In this document: positions 1 to 11,428 of the stretch, piece by piece | Layout of the letters: each line of letters opens with the position of its first letter | Position numbering within the stretch: position 1 is the first letter of the stretch | Source: Lama guanicoe | Lineage: Eukaryota | Direction: 5' to 3' | NCBI GenBank assembly: GCA_013239625.1 | Contig: MU054323.1 | Coordinates: 9,227,220 to 9,267,513, forward strand | Length of the DNA: 40,294 bases | The notes under the pieces: model-generated | Seen by the model: the letters and a program-made list of their open reading frames with translations, nothing else | The model's database searches: none | What the model was told of the DNA's origin: nothing | Program-made: the position numbers and the translations under genes

Positions 1-2461
1 CTCTTTTTATATTTATATGTGTGGCAGATATGGCTCTTCTATTTCTACTGAAATTAAAAAGTGAGACTTCTGTCTGATATGACCAGCCTAATTCTTCATA
101 GAACAGTTCCTTTAATACTCTTCCCAGGATGCTGTCAGACCTGCAGTTTATTGAAATCTTTCTTCACATTTCCAGAGACAGACAAGATCTTCTGATTCTT
201 CAGTTGGTTTTATATCAGCATATAAAAAAGAAAAGCAGCAGTGGTTTTACCCCTCACATCTCCCTTCTGATGCCATTCACATTAATACCATTAGTAACAA
301 CCCCACCAAATAAATAAATACCTAAATAAATAAATAAAATTTTGTTTTTCTTCTGCCTTTGGCTACTGGGCTAGGTTGTAAAAGGAAGAGAACAAAATGT
401 ATTAGCAGGATCCCGTCTTTAGTGATAGGGAGTGAGAGCATTAAAAAAAAATAAACCAGTTAACAAAAAATATGGCAAAATAGGAAGGTGGATGCTAAGA
501 GGATTTAGGAAGTTCCAGGGAGTTTTACAGATATGAGATTTTATGTGAAGACCAAATACATCTAACCTGTGGGAGAGATGAAAGGGCAAGGGAAGCGAGA
601 GTTAGCTTGAGGAGCAAGAGAAAGGAATTAAAACATTTTTTTTCATGTACTCTGAATGAAATTTATATTTTCCCTCTTCTTGGGCCTGAGAAATCAGACT
701 TTTCCTATTATTATCATTCTCTCTGGGAAATCCTGTTTGATAGTGGTGCTGTAAACCTAAATCGATGTGGTTGCATTCAGCGTATAGAAAAGTTCCAGCT
801 CATCTCTAGTTAGTTCTCCCTTTGTACTTATGCCTAAACCGCTCCATCTGGAGAAGTGCCAATTTGCCACTAAATTTAAATAAATAAGAACATTTCTCAT
901 CAATAGGGGTGGCAAATTTAGCCCCTCTTTAGAGCACTGAGCAATTTATGACCATATGTTAAATACCATAAAACAGCTTTAAAGACTTGGTCCCCGGCCA
1001 TTGCCAGATTGCACCGTAGGAGTACGCAGCACTGCGAGGGCTGGGAATGCTTCCTTCGGCCCTTGGAGGCCTCAGTAACTCACTGATGTCACAGCCAGAG
1101 AGGCCTGTTTTCAAACATTCCCTTCATAAAGGTGAAATACAAAAAGATTCCCTTTTGGCATTTGGGTGCAAAGAAGGCAAGACTTCTTTTTGATTCTGAA
1201 GGGTCAAAATTAGTATGGAAAGAGTTGTGTGGGAGAATGAGTAACTTGGCAGCAGTGAGCCCAGAAGGCAGGTCTAGGAATAGGTAAGAGATATCCTACT
1301 CATTCTTTTTCTTGGAGCATGAACTGGACTTTTATAAGGCATAAGTAAACCAAATACCGCATGTTTCTCCATCGTTTTCTTTTGGCCAACTCTCATGGAA
1401 TTAATATTAATGTTAAAAACAATTTTTAAAATTTCGCCCTATAGTGCTGCCAATTATAAGGATGTCTTTTCTTCCAGGAGTGTGACTCATTATTTGGTGA
1501 ACTCCAAATATTAGTTTTTCTTCTTACCATCATCACAGCTTGTGAATCATTTATGGCATTCCGTGGGCTCATGGCTGAGAAAATGAAGGTGTGTGCCAGC
1601 AAACATGTGATTGTTGGTCAAGTAAGTGCAGTAGGACCTTAGATGGACTTTTAATACATGTGAGGAAACCACTGGTTCAGGCAGGGGGCAGTGTTATTAA
1701 ATAGGAATAGGAATAGTTATCCTCTTTGAAAGATAACTCTTCCTATAAGGGAAGAGATGAAATTTGGCTGTCAAAGGCCCAGGATTCCTAGCCTTCTTAA
1801 ATGTATACGTGCCAGCCTGAGGGCTGATTTCCTGTCGGTTCCTGTGTGGTTTGCACTACATCCTCTTTGCAACAGATCAGTATTTTAGGTCATCTATCAT
1901 AGCCGCTATCCTGTAAATTCTTGGTGGTTTGATCTCAATTTGCAGAAGGCAGATGGCATGCTTCTCTAGGAAGTACAGCGGGAGAGCTCCAGTCTCCCTC
2001 TTCCTAAGGCCAGGAAGTAAACTATTGTTATTGATCATTGCTTTTTCCTTTGCAAGAACAAAAATCTTTAAACTTTGGCAGATTCTAAAAGTGCTTGGTA
2101 ACAGTTTGAAATTACCCTTTCCATTTTGTTGGTCTAGGGCAAAACTTGAGTGATCTTTGACATCATTTATTAACCTTGTCTGGTTTTTCCTTAACACAGG
2201 TATGTATGCATTAGTAGAAGTTTTCCCCCTATTGCGAATGAAGTCATGCTTAATCTTCAGAGTCACATCAGGGTGCCTTGTTTTATTTTGGCTTTGATTT
2301 TGAAGGATAATCTAATAACTTAGGCCATGCTGTTGTCCAGTTATTTCTTCTGTTTTTCTTTACTTTAACAGTGGGAATTTTTAACTCCTGTTACCAGCAT
2401 CCATTAAGACTGCTCACTTTGGATATGACTTCAGTATTTGCATTAGATTTTCACACTCTGG

Positions 2462-2622
2462 TGGGGAGGGATAGCTCAAGTGGTAGAGCACTTGCTTAGC
2501 ATGCATGAGGACCTGGGTTCAATCCCCAGTACCTCCTCTAAAAGTAAATAAACCTAGTTACCTCCCCCACCAAAATAAAATAATTAAATAATACTATAGT
2601 AAATAAAACATAAGGTTATTAA
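2462..2622 (+). mobile_element. tRNA-Ala-derived SINE, camelid Vic-1 type, long form with AT-rich tail
   Basis: Head ggggagggatagctcaagtggtagagcacttgcttagcatgcatgaggacctgggttcaatccccagtacctcc contains A- and B-boxes, followed by an A-rich tail. A 17-bp TSD agattttcac(a/t)ctctgg lies at 2445-2461 and 2623-2639. Confidence 0.9.
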
Positions 2623-4566
2623 AGATTTTCACTCTCTGGAACGCAGAGATAATTTAAAGCACATTTCTTCACTAGTTAGTGTAAAGATAAATATCATTTT
2701 TGTTGTTCTAATTTGTCATGCTGTAGTGGATGAACTATATTGTGGAGTTTAGAAAAGAGCAATTTTCTTCCTTTCTTATGACTCAGAGGTCAAATTTTGG
2801 CAACTTGGTTTTATTCATGTAGAATAGGAATTACCTTTAGCCCAGTTCATCTAAGAGAAGAACCTGTTTATAAAGAGAATACAGACTCATGCATGAGTTA
2901 TTTTAAATGGAATTCGTAACAGCCTGTCCTGGCACACATCATTTCTACTTCTGACTCGTCTTCTTTTCATCTTTATAAAAAAACCCCATCTTCTGTAAGG
3001 TTCAACACCAATAGTGTAGCTCTTGGGTTTTATGTGTGCGTGTGTGTGTTCTTAAGATGAATGAAGGGAAAGGAAAGATAAGTTGTGCTGCTTTACAGAA
3101 AAAGAGTGAACTTTCTGAAACTGGATTTTTTTGTCAGTTCGTGGACATCAGGCAGTATCATCATAAAAACAGCTCAAATCCTTAGGTAATGCACTAAGGA
3201 TAGCATGAAGGAGGAAATTTGGATTTCAAGACATAGGAAAACTTGTTATCCAGATTATTTATATCCAATCAAATCTGTAGTTCCTGAAATAACATACTGT
3301 TAAACTCTACCAGCAGAATCCCTGTGATCTCTAAGGTCTGTATGACCCGCATGGAAGCTGATCAGGAAATGTTTGTTTATTAAAGTGAGTGAAACCAGAG
3401 AACTAAAAGATTACGTCTTATGTGGGAAGTCTTAATTGGAAAAATATTATCAATGGGACTTTCAGTAGGACAAGGGGTATCTGAAAATTTGAGGAAGAGT
3501 GCCATGGTTTCTGCATCAGAGACAGGGAAAGAGAACTCTGAAGGTTATATAAATCTACAGGTTGACATGCTTATTTAGAAAGAACCAGGAAAAAGACTCA
3601 CAAAACTGGTTTTGCCAGCACTTGGGCTGCAATAGGATGAAAGGACTTTACTTTGTAAAGAACAATTCTGAATGGATTAATCCCTCATTATAGAATGATG
3701 AGTATAGAACATTAGGAAGAAAGGAATAAATTGAGTTTATCCCGAGAGTAGCAGAGCTTTGATTCTGTCATCAGGATGGATCTCATAGGCATATCATGAA
3801 ATGATTAATTAGACATGAAATATGTTGCTTGACAGTATGCCTGAAGTCTGTCATGACTAAAGAATGAATGCTACTTAATGTTGAAATCAGACAATTTGGT
3901 CATCTTAATGTAGAGCAAATTGCAAAATTGTTTCATCTCCAGTTAATTTTTTTTTATTGTTCTTATTTTCCTGTTTCTCCTCTTTCTGTTTTTCTAAGTG
4001 TAATTTCACTACTCTTGGGTAAGACAAGTTACCCGCAGTTGTACTCAAACATCAGAGTTTTTGCCTGCTTTAGCAGGGTTAGCCATCTCCTGCAGAAAGG
4101 AAAGAGAAGAATCCATGAATCTCAAAGCACTTTCACATATTCAGTTGTCCAGTCATTACGGAGTACCTCCTCAGTCCAGATTCTGAAGCCCGGTATTGGA
4201 GGGACACCGTTGTTTGGCACCATCATAACCTTTTCAGCATTCTCTCCTCTCTCTATCCCCTTCTTTGCTATAAACCAGGTTACTTGGACAATCTGTCCCT
4301 AACCTTCATTTTCAGCTCTCTCCTCTACTCTCCCTTCTGAATATCTTGTTCCATCGTAGTTTGCTCATCATTCCTTGGGCACATAATTTGCTTTCTACCC
4401 CCTAAACTTTGCAAATTCCTTTACTCTTGCTTATAATTACCTTCTCAGATTTCTTTGTTTATCTCAGGCTACTATGGACAGCACTAAGAGTAGACGTTTT
4501 AAGAAAGAACTGATTAGACTGAGCATGATTTTAAACTGAAGCAAAGCAGTCAGTGAAGTAGGAGAC

Positions 4567-5161
4567 TGTGGTGTATTGTCCAGAGATGACCCCAATGGTA
4601 TCTGCTGTCCTACCTGCTCTTCTGTGCTGTGTGTGACCTTGCCACTCCTCACTCAAGAGTTGGAATATAACTTTCCTCCCCTTGAATCTGTGTGGCTGTG
4701 TGGGCTTGTGACTATTTTGACCAATAGAATGAGATGCAAATACTGCTGTAAGACCTCTGAGGCTGGATCATAAAAGGCAGTTCAGCTACCATCTTAGCAG
4801 GAAGACTTGTGCTCAGAGCCTTTGGCATAAGAAGTCGAAATGACTACTTCAAGGTTGCCATGCTGTCAGGTAGCTGAGCCACATGGCTAGTTTGCATGTA
4901 GGCACTGCAGTTGGCAGTTCTTGCCTTCAGTTATCTCAGCCCAGGCACCAGACATGTGAGTGGAGCCATACTGGACCCTTCAAACTAGCCGTCCACCAGC
5001 TGAATCCCACTGAGTGATCTCAGTCAATGCTGTGAAGAGCAAAAGAATCATTCTGCCCATAATTCTAACCCACAGAATCTGGGAGCATAATAAAATGGGG
5101 GTAGTTTAAAGCCTCTGAGATCTGGGGTTGTTGTTTAAGTAGCATTAGTGATTAGAGTACA
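4567..5161 (+). mobile_element. MaLR solo LTR, MLT1G/F/H-like
   Basis: TG...CA ends. MLT1-type motifs include cttgtgactattttgaccaatagaatg, cagcccaggcaccagacatgtgagtgga, and a 3' end aataaaatgg...tttaaagcc...ttggggttgttgtt. Confidence 0.75.
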
Positions 5162-7444
5162 GACCCTGAAGAATACGAGTGGAACAAGAGCCTGGAGGAG
5201 GTGGAAGAGGTGGGACAAGAGCAGAGATACAGAGGTTGTCTCTGGAGGGAGAAGGAAAAGACAAAAGGAGTGAGAAAGAAATGGGTAAATTTTGAGGAGA
5301 AAGGGTGGTAAATTCACATTGATGGTCTATTATTGTTCATTATGTAGGTAAATATATGAATATATATTTGAATATCCATGATTTATTTTCATATCTGGGT
5401 GAAGTTGGAGTTTCAGGTCACCTACCAAGAGGCGGAAGGTCTGGAGAGGGCCTGGCTGCCGGGTGGAGAGTGTTGAAGACTGTACAGCTGACTGTTAGGT
5501 CCTTGCCCTTGACAAATACTTTTATGAGGAAGACAGAGGCTTGGCATTTAGTCATCGTGGTGTGCCTTCCTGAAGCGAGCTTTGTGCATAGTGTACGCTG
5601 TCAGTGTTAAGTACTTTGCACCCTACAAAGAAGTAGGGGACTCTCCCCAGAGGGGTGCCTTGGACTGCTGGGGCTTTGTTTATGAGTTCTGAACCTCAGT
5701 GTGGCTCTTCAGGATTTCAGATTACCCAAAGCTACTTGTGGTTTTGGGGAATGGAAGGGATCCTACCTTTGGAGTGGGGACACTGGTTTTAAGTAGCAGC
5801 TTTCTTGAGAGAAGAGGGGAACAAATCTACAGTTATGCTTTTTGTCCACGTTGAAGACTCAGCAAGTGTTGTTAATTGAGTAGTGGAATTGCTTGTATAA
5901 AAGAATTTTCTGTAGCCATCCAGCAGCCTGGCCCGCAGCCACATGCAAGTCAGTTTGTTTCTCTGAAGGAGTACATGCTCCATGTCTAAATGTACTCTTA
6001 AGAGTCTGGGAATCCTGCAAGTTTCAGGTAGTTTTCTATTTAGTAAAATATTTAATTTGTTGTTGAAATCTTTTAATTAATGTTGTAAGAAGAGAGATGC
6101 TGTAACCTCACTGAAATACTACTGGATGCTGAAACACTTACTGGATAAAAGCACTACTTTCATGACAGGGTAACCATGGTGTATCAACCCTTTACTTCAT
6201 GTATATGGTCAAGACAGAATTTGCCCCAGTGTTAGAAGGGATTCTACTATATTTCAGTTGATCTCTGTTAGATGCTTTTATTTCACAATTTCTTAATGTT
6301 TTATTTATTTATTTTTCTACTGTGTTGGGAGTGACCTTGGCACTTCTGAAATGTGACTTGTGTTTTGCTTATTTCTCCACCGCTTCCCTGAAAATTGCCG
6401 TACACGTAGATAACTTGCTCTTACAGACCCTGTTTGATTTGTTTCTTTCTGACTTGCATAACTTTCCTGGCCGGAGCGTGACTGTCTCTGTCCTTTGTTA
6501 TCATCAACTTAAGTTTAAATTATCAAACAGAAATCTGTTACTGTGATACCATTGCTTTTGATGAACTGCTCCTTTTCTGTTGCTTTGTTTTTCACTTTTT
6601 TCTTTTAATTTTTTGTATTTTTGTTGAATGATGACTAAAGCTTTAACTATTTTTACTTTGGTAGTAGTTTTATTATTTTATCATTTTATCCTTGTTTCTG
6701 TAAAGCATTTTTTTAATCTACTTCTGAAGAATTTTAAATTATTCATCCTTATTTTTCACCATCCTAAATTTTTACTCATTTTAATCCCCCTCCCCCTTTA
6801 GTTTCTTTGGATTATGGGACTTGCTTTTGTTTATTGTTAAACTTGTTGTTTGACTCTGTCGTGTGTGAACTCAAAGGATCCTTCATGCTACTTTTTTTTT
6901 TTTTTAACATCTTTTTTGGTCCAGCTGCTGGGCTTTTCAGAGTTTTTTGACAGTAGAAAGTATTATTCAGTTTTTTTGTTCATGAATTCCACAGGCTAGT
7001 GCTTGGTTTTCACAAAGTTTCTGAAAGTTTATGAGTGGGCTTTTGCACGATCTTTCAAGCCCTGTTTTGTGGGCGCCAAAGCACAAGGCTCAGTCTGAGA
7101 TTGTTCTTTGTGTGCTAGTTTGATTCTGCTGCGGGTGCTCTGGTTTGTGCCAGTGGTTGCAGTCAGCAAAAGACACATTGTTAAACAATGAACTCAGAAC
7201 TGAAAGAAAGATTGGTGTGGTTCCCCTCCTCCCATCTAGCATTCTGTGGTTATTTCTCCTGATTTTTTGGCAAGTGTTGCTCATCTGTATCAAGCTGTAG
7301 CCACATTAGCTTTAAATTTTTGCTTTGTGTAATTCAGCTAGGAATTAGAAAGATGCATTTGCAGTCAGATAGCATTCCATATTTTCTAAAGTATTTTTAC
7401 TTGAATGATCTCACTCTAATCTCCCAACAGCTTTCAGAGGGCCA

Positions 7445-7570
7445 GTTTCCCTGCTTTACATACAAGTGAGGACTCACAGAGTCTAAGTGACTAGGTCACA
7501 TAACTGGGAAGTCAGGGACCCAAATCCAAGACTTCTGAGTACGAACAAGCCCGATGCTTTTTCCACTGTA
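7445..7570 (-). mobile_element. MIR fragment
   Basis: MIR core-like gaggactcacagagtctaagtgact..ggtcacataact..aatccaagacttctga. Confidence 0.6.
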
Positions 7571-8258
7571 ACATGCTGGAAAAGAATTACTGTCTTTATT
7601 ACCATACAGTAACAATTGACTTCTCAGTAGAAGCAAGTAAGAGCAAATCAACGTGGTGAGTAAGTTATGCAGGAAATAAGAGCGAGCAGTGGTGTTGTTG
7701 ACCAGGAAGTAAACCAACATCAAATGCTATTGCCTTCTGTCACACATCAGCCGGGAAAGGTGGTGGATAGTTTGACTAATACCTGATTGGGAAATTACCT
7801 GACAAACTTCCACTTTTGTGTGGCTCTCTCTTGGACACTTGAAGAGTAACAACTCATGGCTGGTTATTTTTGTTTTGTTTGTTTCTGAGGGCAGAAATCG
7901 CAAGGAGAAATTGCTGAAAATAGGGTGAGAAGTTAATCAGGTTTATGAGAGGTAAAGGCTTAGTTTCAAGTCAGCTGTAGAGAATAGTCTTAAATGCTGA
8001 TTTTACTTTGTGTGTCTTTAAGACTAGTTAGCCTGTGGTCTTCAGTTATCTTATAGACCCTGACCTAGCAACATAGCTTTATGATTCAGCTCTGTTATCT
8101 GGCCTAATACATCTTTAATTATCTTAATTATGTCTTTTTGAAATAATAAAATCTGTTGTTTAATTTACAACCAGATCATAAATTAAACAACAGTTTTGAA
8201 CCATTTTCTAAAATCACTTGGATGGTTTTTCTTTAATGTGGGAAAGAAGAGGGAAGAA

Positions 8259-8294
8259 AACTTAAAGGTCAAGATAACTTAAAGGTCAAGATAA
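8259..8294. repeat. Perfect 17-bp tandem duplication (aacttaaaggtcaagat)x2
   Basis: Identical units at 8259-8275 and 8276-8292. Confidence 0.95.
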
Positions 8295-9159
8295 TAAGAT
8301 GGACTAACTATGTATAGCTAAACTCTTTGGGCATTTTTGAGTAAAAAAAAAAGGCTTTTCATTTTAAAATGTACTTAACATTTATTTAGAAATGAAATTA
8401 TCAAAAGATTTTGACCTTAGCATATGCTTTAAATATCAAATACGAAGTTTTATTTTATGAAACAGAAGGAATCTGAAAGAAATGAGATATGATCAAAAGC
8501 AAATTTAATTAGAATAGAATACTCTCCCCTCAGCCTATTAGTCTTGCTACAATTCCTCTTAAGAGACATGGATTTGTCAGAACTTATGTCATCCTAACAA
8601 TTAACTGAAGTGAAAGAATTTATTTTTAGAGCCAGAGACCCTTTGATGTCATCTAATCCACTGCTAATTGTAGTAATTTCTTTAGTAGTGTCCTTGGTAA
8701 GTGGATATATAGCTACTATCATTAATAGGAATCTTATCATGAGACAACATCACAATGCTCTGCAAAAAATATTTTTCTCCTAGGGACAGAACAACTGTAT
8801 TTCCTCATCTGCATGACCATTTCATGGTACTGAAAGGAACGCTTGGCAGAATTCTTGTTTGAATTAATTAGACATACCAAAATTCCTTTTATGGTGATGA
8901 TCTTTTTGAAAAACGGAATTACTGGAATTACTAGAATTACCAAATAATTAGGGTTGAGAAATTGTGGATAATGTTAGCAGACTACAGATGAGGAAAAACA
9001 TGGTGCTGATATTTAAAGAAAATGAAGGAGAGATATATTCTTAAAATGACAGCTTAATTTTTATATTGATGCTGGGGAAGATTCAAGATCTGATTATTAA
9101 ATGGTTTGAGAGCATTTAAAACATTTTATATCTTTAGTAGCCAACATAGGTTTACTTAG

Positions 9160-9860
9160 AAGCAAGTTATGCCAGACTAACCGTATTTCTTTTTGATGGT
9201 AGATTGGGATATAGCAAATCATTTTAGCAGAAAATTTGACCATTTCCCTGTGATGTCTTTCTGGATATATAAGTTATTAAACCAAAAAAAAAAGGGTCTA
9301 AGTAGATTTGCAGTAAATTGAACAGTCATTGGCAAATCTCTGAATGAAAAACTCCAGGGTCATATTTTTGACATGTTTTGTTCAAGATTTTTGTGAATTA
9401 TGTGGACTTACTTTTTCAACTTGGGAAGGGCACAGGTTCAAAGAGACTGATACTGTAATAGTGTGACAAACAAACCTCAGTAGGCTGGTATTTTGGATTA
9501 GAAACAATGGGGTGAAATTGAACAGTGTCAAGTCCCTCATTTAGGTTTCAAAAATTAGTTGTATAGGTAGAGAAAAGCAGTTACGTGAAAAATGACCTGG
9601 GATCTATAGTTGAACCAGTAACATGATGTGACTACTGAAAAAGCTAACACAACCTTGTGCTGTATCAACAGAAACACTGAGTCCCCAGCTTGGAGTGAGC
9701 TTCTTCTGCTGTGCTGTGACATAGTAGACCATACCTGAGTGTGGTGTTGATATTTGAGTACCACAGTGCAGGAGAAACATTATCAAACCAGTGCGTGCTT
9801 GACAGAAATTGTGACACATAGACAATGCTCAAAGAAACTAGGAGTGCTAGTTTTTAAAGA
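9160..9860 (+). mobile_element. L3/CR1 LINE fragment, highly decayed
   Basis: CR1-like motifs: ttatgccagactaacc, aagtccctcatttagg, gacctgggatctatagttga, aaaagctaacacaaccttgtgctgtatcaacagaa, gaccatacctgagt. Confidence 0.6.
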
Positions 9861-9874
9861 CAGAAAGGGCCTGG

Positions 9875-9980
9875 ACTGGAGGCTGAGAGAGGTTAGGTAA
9901 ATTGTCCAAGAGGGTACCATTAGTTAATGGCAGAGCCTGTTCTCTATTCTTAGTTCAGAGTTCTTTCTACTCATCACATT
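9875..9980 (-). mobile_element. MIR fragment
   Basis: actggaggctgagagaggttaggtaaattgtccaagagg...tagttaatggcagagc. Confidence 0.65.
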
Positions 9981-10052
9981 TTGTTCTTCCAGGAAGTAAA
10001 ACCAATACGACCAGGGAGAAGTCACTAGATTTTGACTCTGCACAGGAGCTTT

Positions 10053-10296
10053 ATTAAACAATTTTTTTTATTGTAGTTGATTTATAATGCTAGTTTCAGG
10101 TGTACAGGAAAGCGATTCAGTTACACATATACATACATATATATGCACGTATATTTTTATATTCTTTTCCATTATAGCTTATTACAAGAAATTGAATATA
10201 GTTCCTTGTGCTATATAGTAGGTCCTTGTTTATCTATTTTATATATAGTTGTATGTATCTGTTAGTCCCAAACTCCTAATCTATCCCTCCCCTTTT
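10053..10296 (-). mobile_element. 5'-truncated cetartiodactyl-type L1 3'UTR fragment
   Basis: T-rich start, then ttcaggtgtacag..gattcagttacacatatac..gaatatagttccttgtgctatatagtagg. A 14-bp TSD tgcaca(g/a)gagcttt lies at 10039-10052 and 10297-10310. Confidence 0.8.
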
Positions 10297-10476
10297 TGCA
10301 CAAGAGCTTTTAATAATCGGTGTTGTCCTCCAATATAAGAAACTACTTTGGGAAATAGTGAGTTTTACATTACTGGAAGAATTGAAACAGATACCATATA
10401 ACTTCTTTATTAGAGACATTATATATTTTAAGGGATAATTCTGAGCTGTCGGAAACTAAGGTGGATATCATATGTG

Positions 10477-10590
10477 GAAGGCAATCACCCTTATTCCTCT
10501 TTACATCTCTTGTCCTGGTTAATAATTAATAATGCCCTCTTTCCCACTCTAGGTGTCCCAGTTTGAGTGATAAATTACGTGATTGCCTTC
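10477..10590 (-). mobile_element. hAT-Blackjack MITE, MER94-like
   Basis: Interior cttgtcctggttaataattaataatgccctctttcccactct..gtgtcccagtttgagtgataaatta resembles MER94. Perfect 12-bp terminal inverted repeats gaaggcaatcac / gtgattgccttc. Confidence 0.7.
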
Positions 10591-10852
10591 ATTATAAGGT
10601 CTCTTCCAACTCTATGTCTGCTGAATGAAAATTATTTCAACACAAATTATATTGTTTGCCATCAGAGTTCAAGTCTGGTGTCAATAAGTGGAGTCTTTGA
10701 GAAAGGCGCTTAATTTTTTTTTTGAAAATTTCAAATGCAGCAAAATAAGAAAGGAAAATGGAGAAATTACAACAAACAAAATAGAAATACAGACTATCAT
10801 ATGAGAATATTATGAAAAACTATATGGAACCAAACTGGATAACCTAGAGGAG

Positions 10853-11260
10853 ATGGATAAGTTTCTGGAAACATACTGTCCACCAAAACTGAATCAAGAA
10901 GAAACTGAACACTTGAACAATCCGATCACTAGAAAGGAAATAGAAATAGCAATTAAAAACCTCCCTACAAATAAAAGTCCAGGACCGGATGGCTTCACCG
11001 GGGAATTCTACCAAACATACAAAGAAGAACTCATACCAGTCCTTCTCAAACTCTTCCAGACGATTGAAAAGGAGGGAATACTCCCAAACTCATTCTATGA
11101 AGCCACCATCACCCTGATACCAAAACCAGGCAAAGACACTACAAAAAAAGAGAATTATAGGCCAATATCACTGATGAACATAGACGCCAAAATCCTCACC
11201 AAAATTTTAGCAAATAGAATCCAACAACACATAAAAAAGATTATACATCATGACCAAGTG
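10853..11260 (+). pseudogene. L1 ORF2p fragment (region upstream of RT and RT start), non-functional
   Basis: Reads MDKFLETY...IIHHDQV up to the N gap. An in-frame TGA at 10802-10804 lies upstream, and the endonuclease domain is absent because of the 5' truncation. Confidence 0.9.
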
Positions 11261-11428
11261 NNNNNNNNNNNNNNNNNNNNNNNNNNNNNNNNNNNNNNNN
11301 NNNNNNNNNNNNNNNNNNNNNNNNNNNNNNNNNNNNNNNNNNNNNNNNNNNNNNNNNNNNNNNNNNNNNNNNNNNNNNNNNNNNNNNNNNNNNNNNNNNN
11401 NNNNNNNNNNNNNNNNNNNNNNNNNNNN
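11261..11428. other. Assembly gap (168 N)
   Basis: Run of N. Confidence 1.

Noticed and set aside
298..340. Third SINE at the (TAAA)n tract
   Set aside because: Only an A-rich tail-like tract is visible, with no tRNA head or TSD.
1877..2266. 129-aa minus-strand ORF
   Set aside because: Non-ATG start and no recognisable homology; this length is expected by chance in 40 kb.
3868..4302. 144-aa ORF
   Set aside because: No recognisable domain or convincing exon structure, and it partly overlaps decayed L2-like sequence.
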